This document shows positions 20,101 through 25,708 of a stretch of 25,708 nt of DNA, in pieces. The notes under the pieces are model-generated. The model made no database searches. It saw only the letters and a program-made list of their open reading frames with translations, and was not told the origin of the DNA. The position numbers were made by a program, and so were the translations under genes. Source of the DNA: a virus (Duplodnaviria > Caudoviricetes); the IMG/VR virus record IMGVR_UViG_3300029319_000443, positions 1 to 25,708 of that record; one strand, 5' to 3'. Each line of letters begins with the position of its first letter. The first letter of the stretch is position 1.

Positions 20101-23100
20101 AGAGTTAAATCTCTACTTCCATATAATGGAGTTCCAGCAGAGTTATTTTGATATACAATTTTTCTTAAACCTCTTGGTGCATATGCATGAGAACACTGCA
20201 ACTCACGACTAAGTTGCGTTGGTTTTTCTATGAATACATCGGAATCATCTATATTTGTAAAGTTCTTTCTAACCTCATTTACTTGCCAAGTTTTAAGATT
20301 TGACTGGAATATTGCAAATTCACCAGCAGACTCAACATTTAGTGAAGTGGTTGAAGCACCATATCCAACACCACTCTTAATAATCTTAACAGACCTTATT
20401 TGGCCATCAACAATTTCTGGAACTAACTCTGCTCCAGTTCCAATACCCGTAACTGAAATACTAGGAGGAGTATTATATGATTGACCTCTATTCTGGATAG
20501 CAACGTCAATTATCTTACCACCAGATACAACTGGTAATAATTCACCATTTACACCACTGTATAAGTCAATTCTCGGTTGTCTGTTGAAGTTAAGTATCTC
20601 AGATGCACCATAACCAACACCACCATGTGTTAAGTGAACTGATGTAACCTCACCTCTAAACAATGGCTGAGGAATACATTGGAAGTTTCTACCCTCTATT
20701 GAACTTATACCAACAATACCTTCAACTTTTACAACGATTGGATCATAATTGAAACTATGAGTTCCAACTCCGATAGATCTTAAGTTTTCGTATTGTTTTG
20801 TTCTGAAATAAAAGTCCTTTGCAGTTGTTCCTACACCAACTGTTGATAACTTAAATGTATTTTCATCTACGACATAGACATAGTATTTTTTATCACTTGA
20901 AAGACCTTCGATAGATGTTCCATTAGTATCAGCAGTGTAAGTTATAATCTCACCTGTCTTATAATCGTGATTGTTAATTGTTATTCTATCAAGTGCAGTA
21001 TTAATGCCTGTTGGTTCACAAGTTTTAAGTTTATTCTCATACCCCTCACCAGATTCTAATACATTTATACTACCAACCTGCGATTTTCCATTTAATGATC
21101 TAAATTGATGGTTTCCTTCACCAACAGCAGTAAATCCTATTGTATTAACACCAGCAACTGCTTCATCTAAGTTTTTATGAAGTCTGATTGTTTTCTCTGG
21201 ATACCAATTTGTTCCTGCATATCCCACCCAAGTTGATATAGTTGTTAGACCAGCAACATTTTCAGTATTAACGTAGTATATTGCTCCTGTGCTTAAACCA
21301 GCTAATGCTTTTCCACCAAAAGTGTCATATACGACTCTTTCGTAATTTCTGAACTTATGATATGTTAAAAATCCAACATTAAAGTCATCTGATCCAGTTA
21401 CTGAGATAGTTTGAGATCCTGAACCAGAATTAAACACTACTTGATGAGGAACAGTGACCATTTTACATTCAGCCACCGCACCAGTTCCATTTCCACCACT
21501 TATTGATACTTTTGGAACATCAACATAGTCAAAGCCTGGCTCTTCAACTCTTATCTCTTGTAAACTACCTCTAGTTGCCACATATCCAGTCGCTCCTGCT
21601 CCTACACCATCATTAATTGCTAATTGTGGTGGATTTATAACATCATACTTTCTTCCACCGCCTGTAACGTCTATAGACTTAATATCACCATAATAACAAA
21701 GCTCTTGAGACTTATAACTTAATATTTCAACACCGTTTATTAAAATACCATTATATCCAATTTTTGTTTTATACTGTTTACCGTCATAAACTGGCATATC
21801 AATTTCTCTAAACAGTTTTTGAGGTAAAATTTGCTTATTATGGAATTCATACTTCTCAAAAGTGTTATTTGTAATTTCAACAGTAACAGTTGATTCTGAG
21901 ACCTTTTGATAATTACCATCATATAAGTTTGAACGAGATTTTGCTAATCTTATGTCATTTAAATTAACTCTTTCTACAAAATACAATCCCTCACTGAATA
22001 AGAAACTAGAAACTGTTCCATTAGCAGCTTTTTGTGGTGTATAGTAAATAGCATCACCACTAAAGAAGTTATGGTCATTAGAACCAGTGGTAATTCCAAT
22101 AATAGTTTGTCCACCGAGGAAAGTTCCAGATAATTGTATTTTTTGAGTACTTGGATTTAATTTATGACTAGATCCATAAGTTGGTATAGAGTTAGATGCA
22201 ACTAGATTCTTAATTTTGGATAATGTGTGTGCATATCCAACTTCATCCATGTATATGTTTTGGATATTTGCAGTATAGTTATTCAAATGTTGTTGATTAT
22301 CATTAACACCACTTCCATCTGAGTTTCCCTTTGCAAGAGTCTTTGTTATAGCAGCAACTGCTGAAAGATCACTTATTGCAGCACCTTGCATTCTAATTTT
22401 GACATTACTTAAAACATCAGTAACAGCATAAGTGCCAGTTAAAGTAGCATTTGCAGTTTGAACTGTTATTGTATCATTTAACCTTATTCTATGAAAATCC
22501 TTAGTAACAACTTCATAGGTAGGGCCTGAAGCATCTTGTAGTTCAATGGTATCTACATTATATTTTGGTTGAACATTATATACCCAGTTATTTGACTTAA
22601 AATCATTAATGTGAGCAATTTTACCAAGTGACTTTAATTTTATTTTTGAACCAAGTCTTTGATAGTAAGTATTAGGTAATTCTATATCATTTAATACACC
22701 TGTTATTCTGCAACGTATGCCGTCTGTAGTGACCCCTGCGGTGCTGTTAGCTTGTCCTAGGGCATATACATAGGTATTCTGTCTAATTGTTGTTGCATCC
22801 TTAATTGTAGTAGTAATACCAGTAGTGCTTATACCCAAGAACTGTGTGATATTAGTATTAGAATAAGTGCAAACTCCAACTGTTCCATTTTGATATACAA
22901 AGGTCAGTGCTCCACTATTTGGAAAACCTATAGTCGAGTCAACATCGATATAAGTTTGTGCTGCACCTACTTGACCAACATTCTTTGAATTGGCATGAAC
23001 AGCAAAATGACCATATAATAATTCGTCAGAACTACCTGTTCCGAAAGAAGCATCAATACTAACTTTATAATATGTCTCTGTTAAAAGACCAACCCTAACT

Positions 23101-23939
23101 CTCTCAACCATTGAGACAGGGCCATATGCTCTAGATAGATTCTCTACAGGGTCTTGGAAGAGTGTCTTATTCTCAAGATCCATTGGATCACCCTGTATTG
23201 CTTCTACTATCAAATCACGAGTCTTTCTATAATTTGCATCAGATGGTGCAATGACATAATCAGCAGGTCTAACAATATCTACTTCTTCGTTATATAATGA
23301 CTTGAACAATATTTTAAATGATTCATCAGTTCCTCTTGAATTGTAAAAGTCTTTTGAATGGCGAATGAACTGTGGTTGATTCAGTGCAGGGTTTAAATCT
23401 TTTTGGAAACCTGGTAAAAATTGTCGTTTTGACTTCTTTAAAAACTCTTCTAAAAATAATGTGCTTAAATTATTAACTTGACCACCACTTGTTCCCACAC
23501 CAACTGCGTGAGATGCTGCTTTTGATGTTGAAAATACAAATTCCTCTGGTTCATCAGGATTACTGAATGATGTAATACCACTAAAACCACGAATACACCC
23601 AGTAAATGAGTTTGTTGTCAATCCAGTGTATGTAATTATCTCATTGTCTATCTTTAATAAACCATAACTATCAGGAAATCCAGTGGTATCCTTTACAGAT
23701 ATAGTTTGATCAAACTGGCCAACGGCACTTGAGAGAGTTGTAAACCCAACAAGAGATCCAGATTTGTTTAATTGTATATAAGAATCTAAATTATTGATTA
23801 TATCAATTGGCCCACCTTGATATTCCTGCCCTTGATAGTATGCACTTAAAAATTCACCGACTAAAGGGCTGTCATCCTTTACATAAGAAGGAAGTTGTTC
23901 TTTAACAACCTTATTAATTTGAACTCTTTTATCGGTCAT
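11190..23939 (-). CDS. gp7: Giant gp7-like baseplate wedge initiator with many inserted beta modules
   Basis: 4249 aa, lying between gp6 and gp8. It has the N-terminal QLP.YV......FL.AYY and KDFY.SRGT..SFKILF..LY motifs and the YYQ.F.Y.IKS....W...V..L.H.AG motif (about 16240-16346) seen in gp7-like proteins. Confidence 0.85.
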   Translation of the reverse strand: MTDKRVQINKVVKEQLPSYVKDDSPLVGEFLSAYYQGQEYQGGPIDIINNLDSYIQLNKSGSLVGFTTLSSAVGQFDQTISVKDTTGFPDSYGLLKIDNEIITYTGLTTNSFTGCIRGFSGITSFSNPDEPEEFVFSTSKAASHAVGVGTSGGQVNNLSTLFLEEFLKKSKRQFLPGFQKDLNPALNQPQFIRHSKDFYNSRGTDESFKILFKSLYNEEVDIVRPADYVIAPSDANYRKTRDLIVEAIQGDPMDLENKTLFQDPVENLSRAYGPVSMVERVRVGLLTETYYKVSIDASFGTGSSDELLYGHFAVHANSKNVGQVGAAQTYIDVDSTIGFPNSGALTFVYQNGTVGVCTYSNTNITQFLGISTTGITTTIKDATTIRQNTYVYALGQANSTAGVTTDGIRCRITGVLNDIELPNTYYQRLGSKIKLKSLGKIAHINDFKSNNWVYNVQPKYNVDTIELQDASGPTYEVVTKDFHRIRLNDTITVQTANATLTGTYAVTDVLSNVKIRMQGAAISDLSAVAAITKTLAKGNSDGSGVNDNQQHLNNYTANIQNIYMDEVGYAHTLSKIKNLVASNSIPTYGSSHKLNPSTQKIQLSGTFLGGQTIIGITTGSNDHNFFSGDAIYYTPQKAANGTVSSFLFSEGLYFVERVNLNDIRLAKSRSNLYDGNYQKVSESTVTVEITNNTFEKYEFHNKQILPQKLFREIDMPVYDGKQYKTKIGYNGILINGVEILSYKSQELCYYGDIKSIDVTGGGRKYDVINPPQLAINDGVGAGATGYVATRGSLQEIRVEEPGFDYVDVPKVSISGGNGTGAVAECKMVTVPHQVVFNSGSGSQTISVTGSDDFNVGFLTYHKFRNYERVVYDTFGGKALAGLSTGAIYYVNTENVAGLTTISTWVGYAGTNWYPEKTIRLHKNLDEAVAGVNTIGFTAVGEGNHQFRSLNGKSQVGSINVLESGEGYENKLKTCEPTGINTALDRITINNHDYKTGEIITYTADTNGTSIEGLSSDKKYYVYVVDENTFKLSTVGVGTTAKDFYFRTKQYENLRSIGVGTHSFNYDPIVVKVEGIVGISSIEGRNFQCIPQPLFRGEVTSVHLTHGGVGYGASEILNFNRQPRIDLYSGVNGELLPVVSGGKIIDVAIQNRGQSYNTPPSISVTGIGTGAELVPEIVDGQIRSVKIIKSGVGYGASTTSLNVESAGEFAIFQSNLKTWQVNEVRKNFTNIDDSDVFIEKPTQLSRELQCSHAYAPRGLRKIVYQNNSAGTPLYGSRDLTLSSGVEEDKTQHSPIIGWAYDGLPIYGPYGYEKSTGGSVTQLNSGYSVDLKTNRPPTDVFPQEFFIEDFTWNSNTDESYLDENNGRYGVTPEYPNGVYAYFATLESTVTSDSSDPFNNFKKPKFPYLLGENFAAQPNNFNFLSKSNQDEINLNKTTWVRNTEPYELLQDDSAYNYVSQSYKYVTQEGEVTFASEGAVDKVGIVTGGSLYQVDDKIVFEEKVADNFQTVAKVSKVRGPGIGTISVTNTKLNNIEFYPADERGRFVGVHTTPINLQNGDKIYVSGMSTTSSELSGKTYNIGITSTKLIVSQGIGSVAATGLVTFFNVLGKLPSPNDNLNNLAIRENDILKVGIGTRQEEVKILNIDAASSRLRVLRNQNSLDDGVTGASHTATTVIEEDPRKFKIDVGFNTTFDNEIDLEYYFNPVESVGVGTTAGPGIGTTVSIQNPGSGINRVFIPSRSIRLPNHKFKTGDKVTYQRNTGNNIGIATNRANADLLVASADLPEATPLFVAKLSDDLIGLSTVRIGLGTPGDGVDPEDVFVGAAATTKKQSLLYFTGIGTGVYHSLKIAYDKTVKGSLEKNKITVSTASSHGLGHNDRVFLTVNAGIVTTVPIKYNKANRKLIARTLDFTASGINTSTALTGIPDAIEIVNHEMVTGQRVIHTSSSPIGGLVNDEEYFVYVINKDKIKLCGSRFQTKQKRPKFVGLLTANSGNSGVLNLVNPPLEFYKNGTITFDLSDSSLSYTKVNDTLPAFDLELYTDYNFIHEYTSNEKSSTFNVTRSGTVGVDGKLVLTYNNNTPKILYYNLVANTSTDNPDVNKELVLDKEIIGNNSINFRDSRYAGQFNIIANSDNTFVYDLDRYPEEPSYTSSSTTEIIYDTTSKTAYGPIAAIAIAQKGKGYTRLPGVSTVTSDTGTGAILEASSKSIGIPKNAKINNIGFDYPSDFTLRPQSKLPQIIKIEALSGLKAVGITSYGRGYNQPPSLVVLDGTDRARDTDADLRYNLATPDTPGYVDIIENTYGLTNITPIIVPVNNPNGIRVTNLVYDSSTDTVAATLKVAYSFANEFPIEVGDKLLVENASVGVGSTGLGYNSEAYQFRTFEVTQVHQNLGNVGIVTYSMGGNVPSGEIPGNFNSTLSSAILVRERDFPQFSVQLQPNTFNANETLTSETSVGPVSGRAFEYDEESQWLTVEAASDFEVGKLIESAETGAKGTVSEIVLTFDTNFALDYFSMVNNGWEYETGFLSNVLQVTHENDYYQRFAYAIKSRVFFDKWKDIVNTLNHTAGFQKFSNLQVESNLPVAQKASMVVGTAGTVTGVIDLQGFESLHEVNNFDLVTENLKSRSPAAGNLSDQINFQNRILIDYAESVGNRVITIKNISADFQDQPRNTPFSEIGRYNISGNKENRFIVYVKDRLFEGERQLMMVNALFDPLSGQSMINQYGQVDTVRDLGSMDSTVDGSEAVLRFFPTKSEFNNYNVSTLSYNLNELGLSTSLTVGTSTAIGASSNPVGALVHIGAATTLGGSAHGGGEFIIATVGSASTTGIALTSGSRNYSAADTAQYQLFNPRSAKVIVSIATSEGTVEYNELSLVMHQSAVGLGSTVAFEQYGQLTIHNRRDNLASEPLGTFRPHIVGLGTTAAVQIGFTPNAGIVTAFVNTVTIGISSESFTGVGTLPLKNASIIAKSTTIPASAAPSPTGIGSYSQEFDGAYAIVQIKDTLNDTYEFAEIMMVDDDNRVFMSEYGNIITGAGATTGIGTISGEKGGHGDCDTEIKFVPNANIPVEVKTVIHALKVTETSSAPTSVDLNAATIQTKFDVYEGTFFGARTKFPILDENDNEIFKVNFDGSDSDIVDLTNNQITIPNHFFVSGEEVEYAIAQPIVGCTTTGIGSTGDAIGIAATPSTSPANVTYVPSSVFIIKVSDSVVKLAATAENALKSITVPLELSSVGVGTSHSFISKNQNTRALISIDNMIQSPIVGTGVTTSLGADFPRSETIMFTSGITSFFSGDVIRVGSATTHEMMKIIAVSNAGITSAIRVHRNWMGTDLIEHSNHDVVEKMTGNYNIVDSTLNFAAAPIGNRPKVGVSTSPPNDRDFVGITTTSSFSGRIFNRSGIKGGNTKAYNANYNIDDLSPQFDGQTKEFTLKVDKTNVTGIATNLGIVMVNGILQGAGVLNNYELSEVSGISSITFTGTASSIANDVNNASVPVGGIIVSVASSEGLGYQPLVSAGATIHFNNIGVATAVSIGNSGSGYRVRPGNVGMGSTASIGGVGIATVVNVAIAVTTSGGTPTIQNIGTAAVTNGRVVSIAVTNTNPIPGIGTQNPSSVGTGQSTFTAIIDAPLPYQDIPLWYDNASTPGVGGSQARVNISVGVATTGGRVIDFEITNTGFGYKNSQVLTVPTFASAPGESYAVPIDAHLFKPFKLTLDRVHHDEFNMWTMGELQALDDFSDLFDGTRKVFPLTVAEEAFAIQAASGSNIDVKNTIILTINDVLQVPGEGYTFDGGGSITLTEAPNAGDIMNMFFYRGTGGEDVKDRDIVETVKVGDDLQIGFDPAYNTRTFVEFPRTVSEVVSSNQVDTNQYYGRGLGDSETETRPVKWYRQLEDKYIDGRIVRKDRPLYEPNLFPTAYLIQSVGVGSTSIFIDNSKPFFNPKNENPVNRNFQKDIQIVNASSEYEFLAGAAATAVVSIAGTISSIEISDGGEGYTAAPTVKIQQPVSVGNTGFAGIGSTTIAIATATISNGVVNAITVGVNSGIGYTSARPPAVLISPPTYVREENTIDLYQGDHGIVTGVGICSNISRANGQAVAIGTAVVFDLYIPKGSALRDENIASPDPISVSGLTTGYFFTVTGSNLGSGVTSLNMAGSYVGVGTTALDNIYEVSHHVGVTTVGFGSDQAETLTRVFCRVLSWNGLENTVGYSTLNQGLSTSFVGDYSWGRLQLTDRQISQAYTINTTNGVTGIKTGPQVKRKIALKAENYVV

Positions 23940-23942
23940 GTG

Positions 23943-25708
23943 TTATCTTACGATCTTTCTGTCTGTATAACTTGATGTAACTGTATATGTTGATCCTGAT
24001 GGGTCTGCACCTGACGCAATTTCATCAACAACCATCTCTACGTTACTAGTATCTAGTTGCAAATAAAGATCCTGTAATCCAATTACGTCATTTGATTCAG
24101 GAACCACGGAGATTTCCATTATTTGTTGAGCATCTTTTGTCTTACCTGAGACAATATTAATGGGGTTAAGAGTCATTCTACCAGTGTTATAGTTGACAAC
24201 ACCTACATTTTGCCTTTCAATTATCGGAGTTGTTGAACCTGGTGCATCTAAAGAGAATAAACCAAGAGATCCAGTCTTTTTATCAGTGTTTGGAACATCA
24301 TAAAGATAAACATCACTACTAATATCCAATACTCTAAAGGAACTAGAGCGAATATTAAACCCATCCATTGATGAAATATGGAACTGATTGCCAAAATCTA
24401 TAGCATATTCTGCAAATTGATCGATAGCCAACCTCAAATCGCGTCTCATTTCAACTGTTGTGACGTTTGATGTCACGGATTCGTGACTTTGATCGATAAC
24501 TTTAAGGAATTTACTGTATTTGAACCTTGCTCCATACTTATTTAACTCTGCAGAAGCAGCTAATTTGTTAATATTATTCAAAATTGTCGATGAAACCATC
24601 AATGCATTGGGTGCAAGACTCGTATTATAGTAAACATTACTGTCAGTCTCAAGGTAGAGATACTTGAGATCGAGAATTTCGGGTACAATTCCTGCTACAG
24701 AGTACTTTCTGAGGTCTCTTTTGATATTTTCCTTGATTGCATTAGGTACAAAGTCACCAGTTCGTGGTTTTATGCTTATAAAAACCTTTCCATACTGCGG
24801 AGGAACCAATTCTTCACCCCCATAAACCGAAATTGACTCAGTTTCTGGGTAAATTTTGTTAGGAATTAGGATTTCGTAGTCATTTGAGGTCAAAGCACGG
24901 TTTTGAGTGCCGTAAATTTGTGGTGCATACTTCTTAACAGAGTCAACACTCTCAATTTCGTCTCCACCAGTAGAGGGTATATTAGCAGTTACAAGAGAAA
25001 TACCACTAGTTATGGTGTTTTCGACAGCATTTCGTGAATATGTGCATTTTCCACTAAAACTTAGGTTACTAATACCATTTGCTTCCGATCCATTTGATAT
25101 AATATACGAAGCTTCGACTATATTTCCGTCTGAAAGTGCTTTTCCGAAGATTCCATCACCAAAAATGAGTTCATATTGCTCATCTTCAATCTCTTGAATG
25201 TAATAAATGAGTGAATCACCTGTAATTGCACTTCCTGTAACCGCATCAAACAGACTATCTTGCCTTGTATAGCTTGAAAGTAGTGAAGAAGTCGCAGATG
25301 GTCTTACATAAACCTCTAAAGTCTCTAAATCGATCCCTGCATTTGATAAAATAAACCTCTGATTGATATTATTTGTAGAATATGGGAATTTTTGGTCAAC
25401 TACACTGCCTTCTTTAATATCTAAGTCTAAAAATGACGCAACTCCGTCAATTACAGGTTTTGTAACGTCTTTTGTAAGACCAAAAGTGAAAGATTGACCC
25501 CCAAATGAGTTTGTAGAGGCAACTGGGCCTTTTTTTAAGGTTACAGTTGTTGGTGGAGGGGTAATTCCTGGTTCTACAGTGAAATTTATCGTTGCAGTTG
25601 CTGCTTTTTTCGATCTTGGTACATATCCAATGTTTCTAGCAAGTGCAACAACGTTTTCTCTAAGAGTTGCACTGTCAATAAAGACCTCATTTGAGATCAT
25701 ATTGGCAT
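23943..25708 (-). CDS. gp6: Baseplate wedge subunit gp6 (5'-truncated by the window edge)
   Basis: NEVFIDSATLRENVVALARNIGYVPRS, YELIFGDGIFGK, QNRALTSNDYE and PPQYGKVFISIKP are gp6/baseplate-J signatures. The frame stays open to the edge (…A-N-M-I-S-N-E), so Met 25700 is probably internal. Confidence 0.93.
   Translation of the reverse strand, partial: ANMISNEVFIDSATLRENVVALARNIGYVPRSKKAATATINFTVEPGITPPPTTVTLKKGPVASTNSFGGQSFTFGLTKDVTKPVIDGVASFLDLDIKEGSVVDQKFPYSTNNINQRFILSNAGIDLETLEVYVRPSATSSLLSSYTRQDSLFDAVTGSAITGDSLIYYIQEIEDEQYELIFGDGIFGKALSDGNIVEASYIISNGSEANGISNLSFSGKCTYSRNAVENTITSGISLVTANIPSTGGDEIESVDSVKKYAPQIYGTQNRALTSNDYEILIPNKIYPETESISVYGGEELVPPQYGKVFISIKPRTGDFVPNAIKENIKRDLRKYSVAGIVPEILDLKYLYLETDSNVYYNTSLAPNALMVSSTILNNINKLAASAELNKYGARFKYSKFLKVIDQSHESVTSNVTTVEMRRDLRLAIDQFAEYAIDFGNQFHISSMDGFNIRSSSFRVLDISSDVYLYDVPNTDKKTGSLGLFSLDAPGSTTPIIERQNVGVVNYNTGRMTLNPINIVSGKTKDAQQIMEISVVPESNDVIGLQDLYLQLDTSNVEMVVDEIASGADPSGSTYTVTSSYTDRKIVR

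Noticed and set aside
4954-21922. Short alternative-frame minus-strand ORFs (4954-5142, 8917-9126, 10726-10926, 13670-13930, 21740-21922)
   Set aside because: They are nested out of frame in large genes and have the L/Q/H-rich composition typical of shifted-frame reads. There is no independent support for them.
1862-23939. Inteins, introns or homing endonucleases as the cause of the very large ORFs
   Set aside because: I saw no intein splice motifs or LAGLIDADG, HNH or GIY-YIG signatures. The ORFs are uninterrupted, and their length is explained by repeated structural modules.
2979-25197. Short plus-strand ORFs of 60-96 aa (e.g. 2979-3221, 5196-5381, 7230-7430, 7845-8045, 10403-10784, 12190-12384, 14755-14979, 18439-18678, 19015-19305, 20230-20484, 25012-25197)
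   Set aside because: All lie antisense within long, well-supported genes. They look like codon-bias shadows, many start at non-ATG codons, and none has a recognisable motif.
25528-25540. A7 run in gp6 (TTA AAA AAA GGC) as a programmed frameshift site
   Set aside because: It simply encodes Leu-Lys-Lys. I saw no stimulatory structure or useful alternative frame, and such runs are common at this AT content.
25698-25700. Met at 25700 as the gp6 start
   Set aside because: The frame is open to the window edge, and gp6 homologues have additional N-terminal sequence before the NE.F.DSA motif.
1-25708. CRISPR array, tandem DNA repeats, diversity-generating retroelement repeats, tRNA or ncRNA
   Set aside because: Intergenic gaps are under 30 nt and I noticed no near-identical nucleotide repeats. 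The repeats exist only at the diverged protein level. A computational self-alignment would be needed to exclude subtle cases.

Overview
This window is an AT-rich (about 33-35% GC by eye), tightly packed late structural gene block of a T4-like myovirus, most consistent with a marine cyanophage-type genome. All real genes lie on the minus strand. In transcription order (right to left) they are: gp6 baseplate wedge (5' end outside the window), a giant 4249-aa gp7-like baseplate wedge initiator, gp8 baseplate wedge, a 2574-aa VrlC/DUF4815-like structural protein, a 75-aa coiled-coil protein, a 130-aa virion-type protein, gp13 neck and gp14 neck (runs off the left edge and is absent from the ORF track). 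Two T4-type late promoter motifs overlap stop codons. I found no RNA genes, CRISPR arrays, mobile elements, introns, inteins or defence operons. The two least ordinary signals are (i) an apparent complete absence of GGWCC, with all 16 Gly-Pro pairs using rare GGC/GGG codons, plus an apparent absence of CCGG, and (ii) a G-[IVL]-[GSAT]-[TS] peptide motif scattered through unrelated virion proteins, possibly a modification sequon. Family assignments come from remembered motifs and synteny, and all counts were made by eye.
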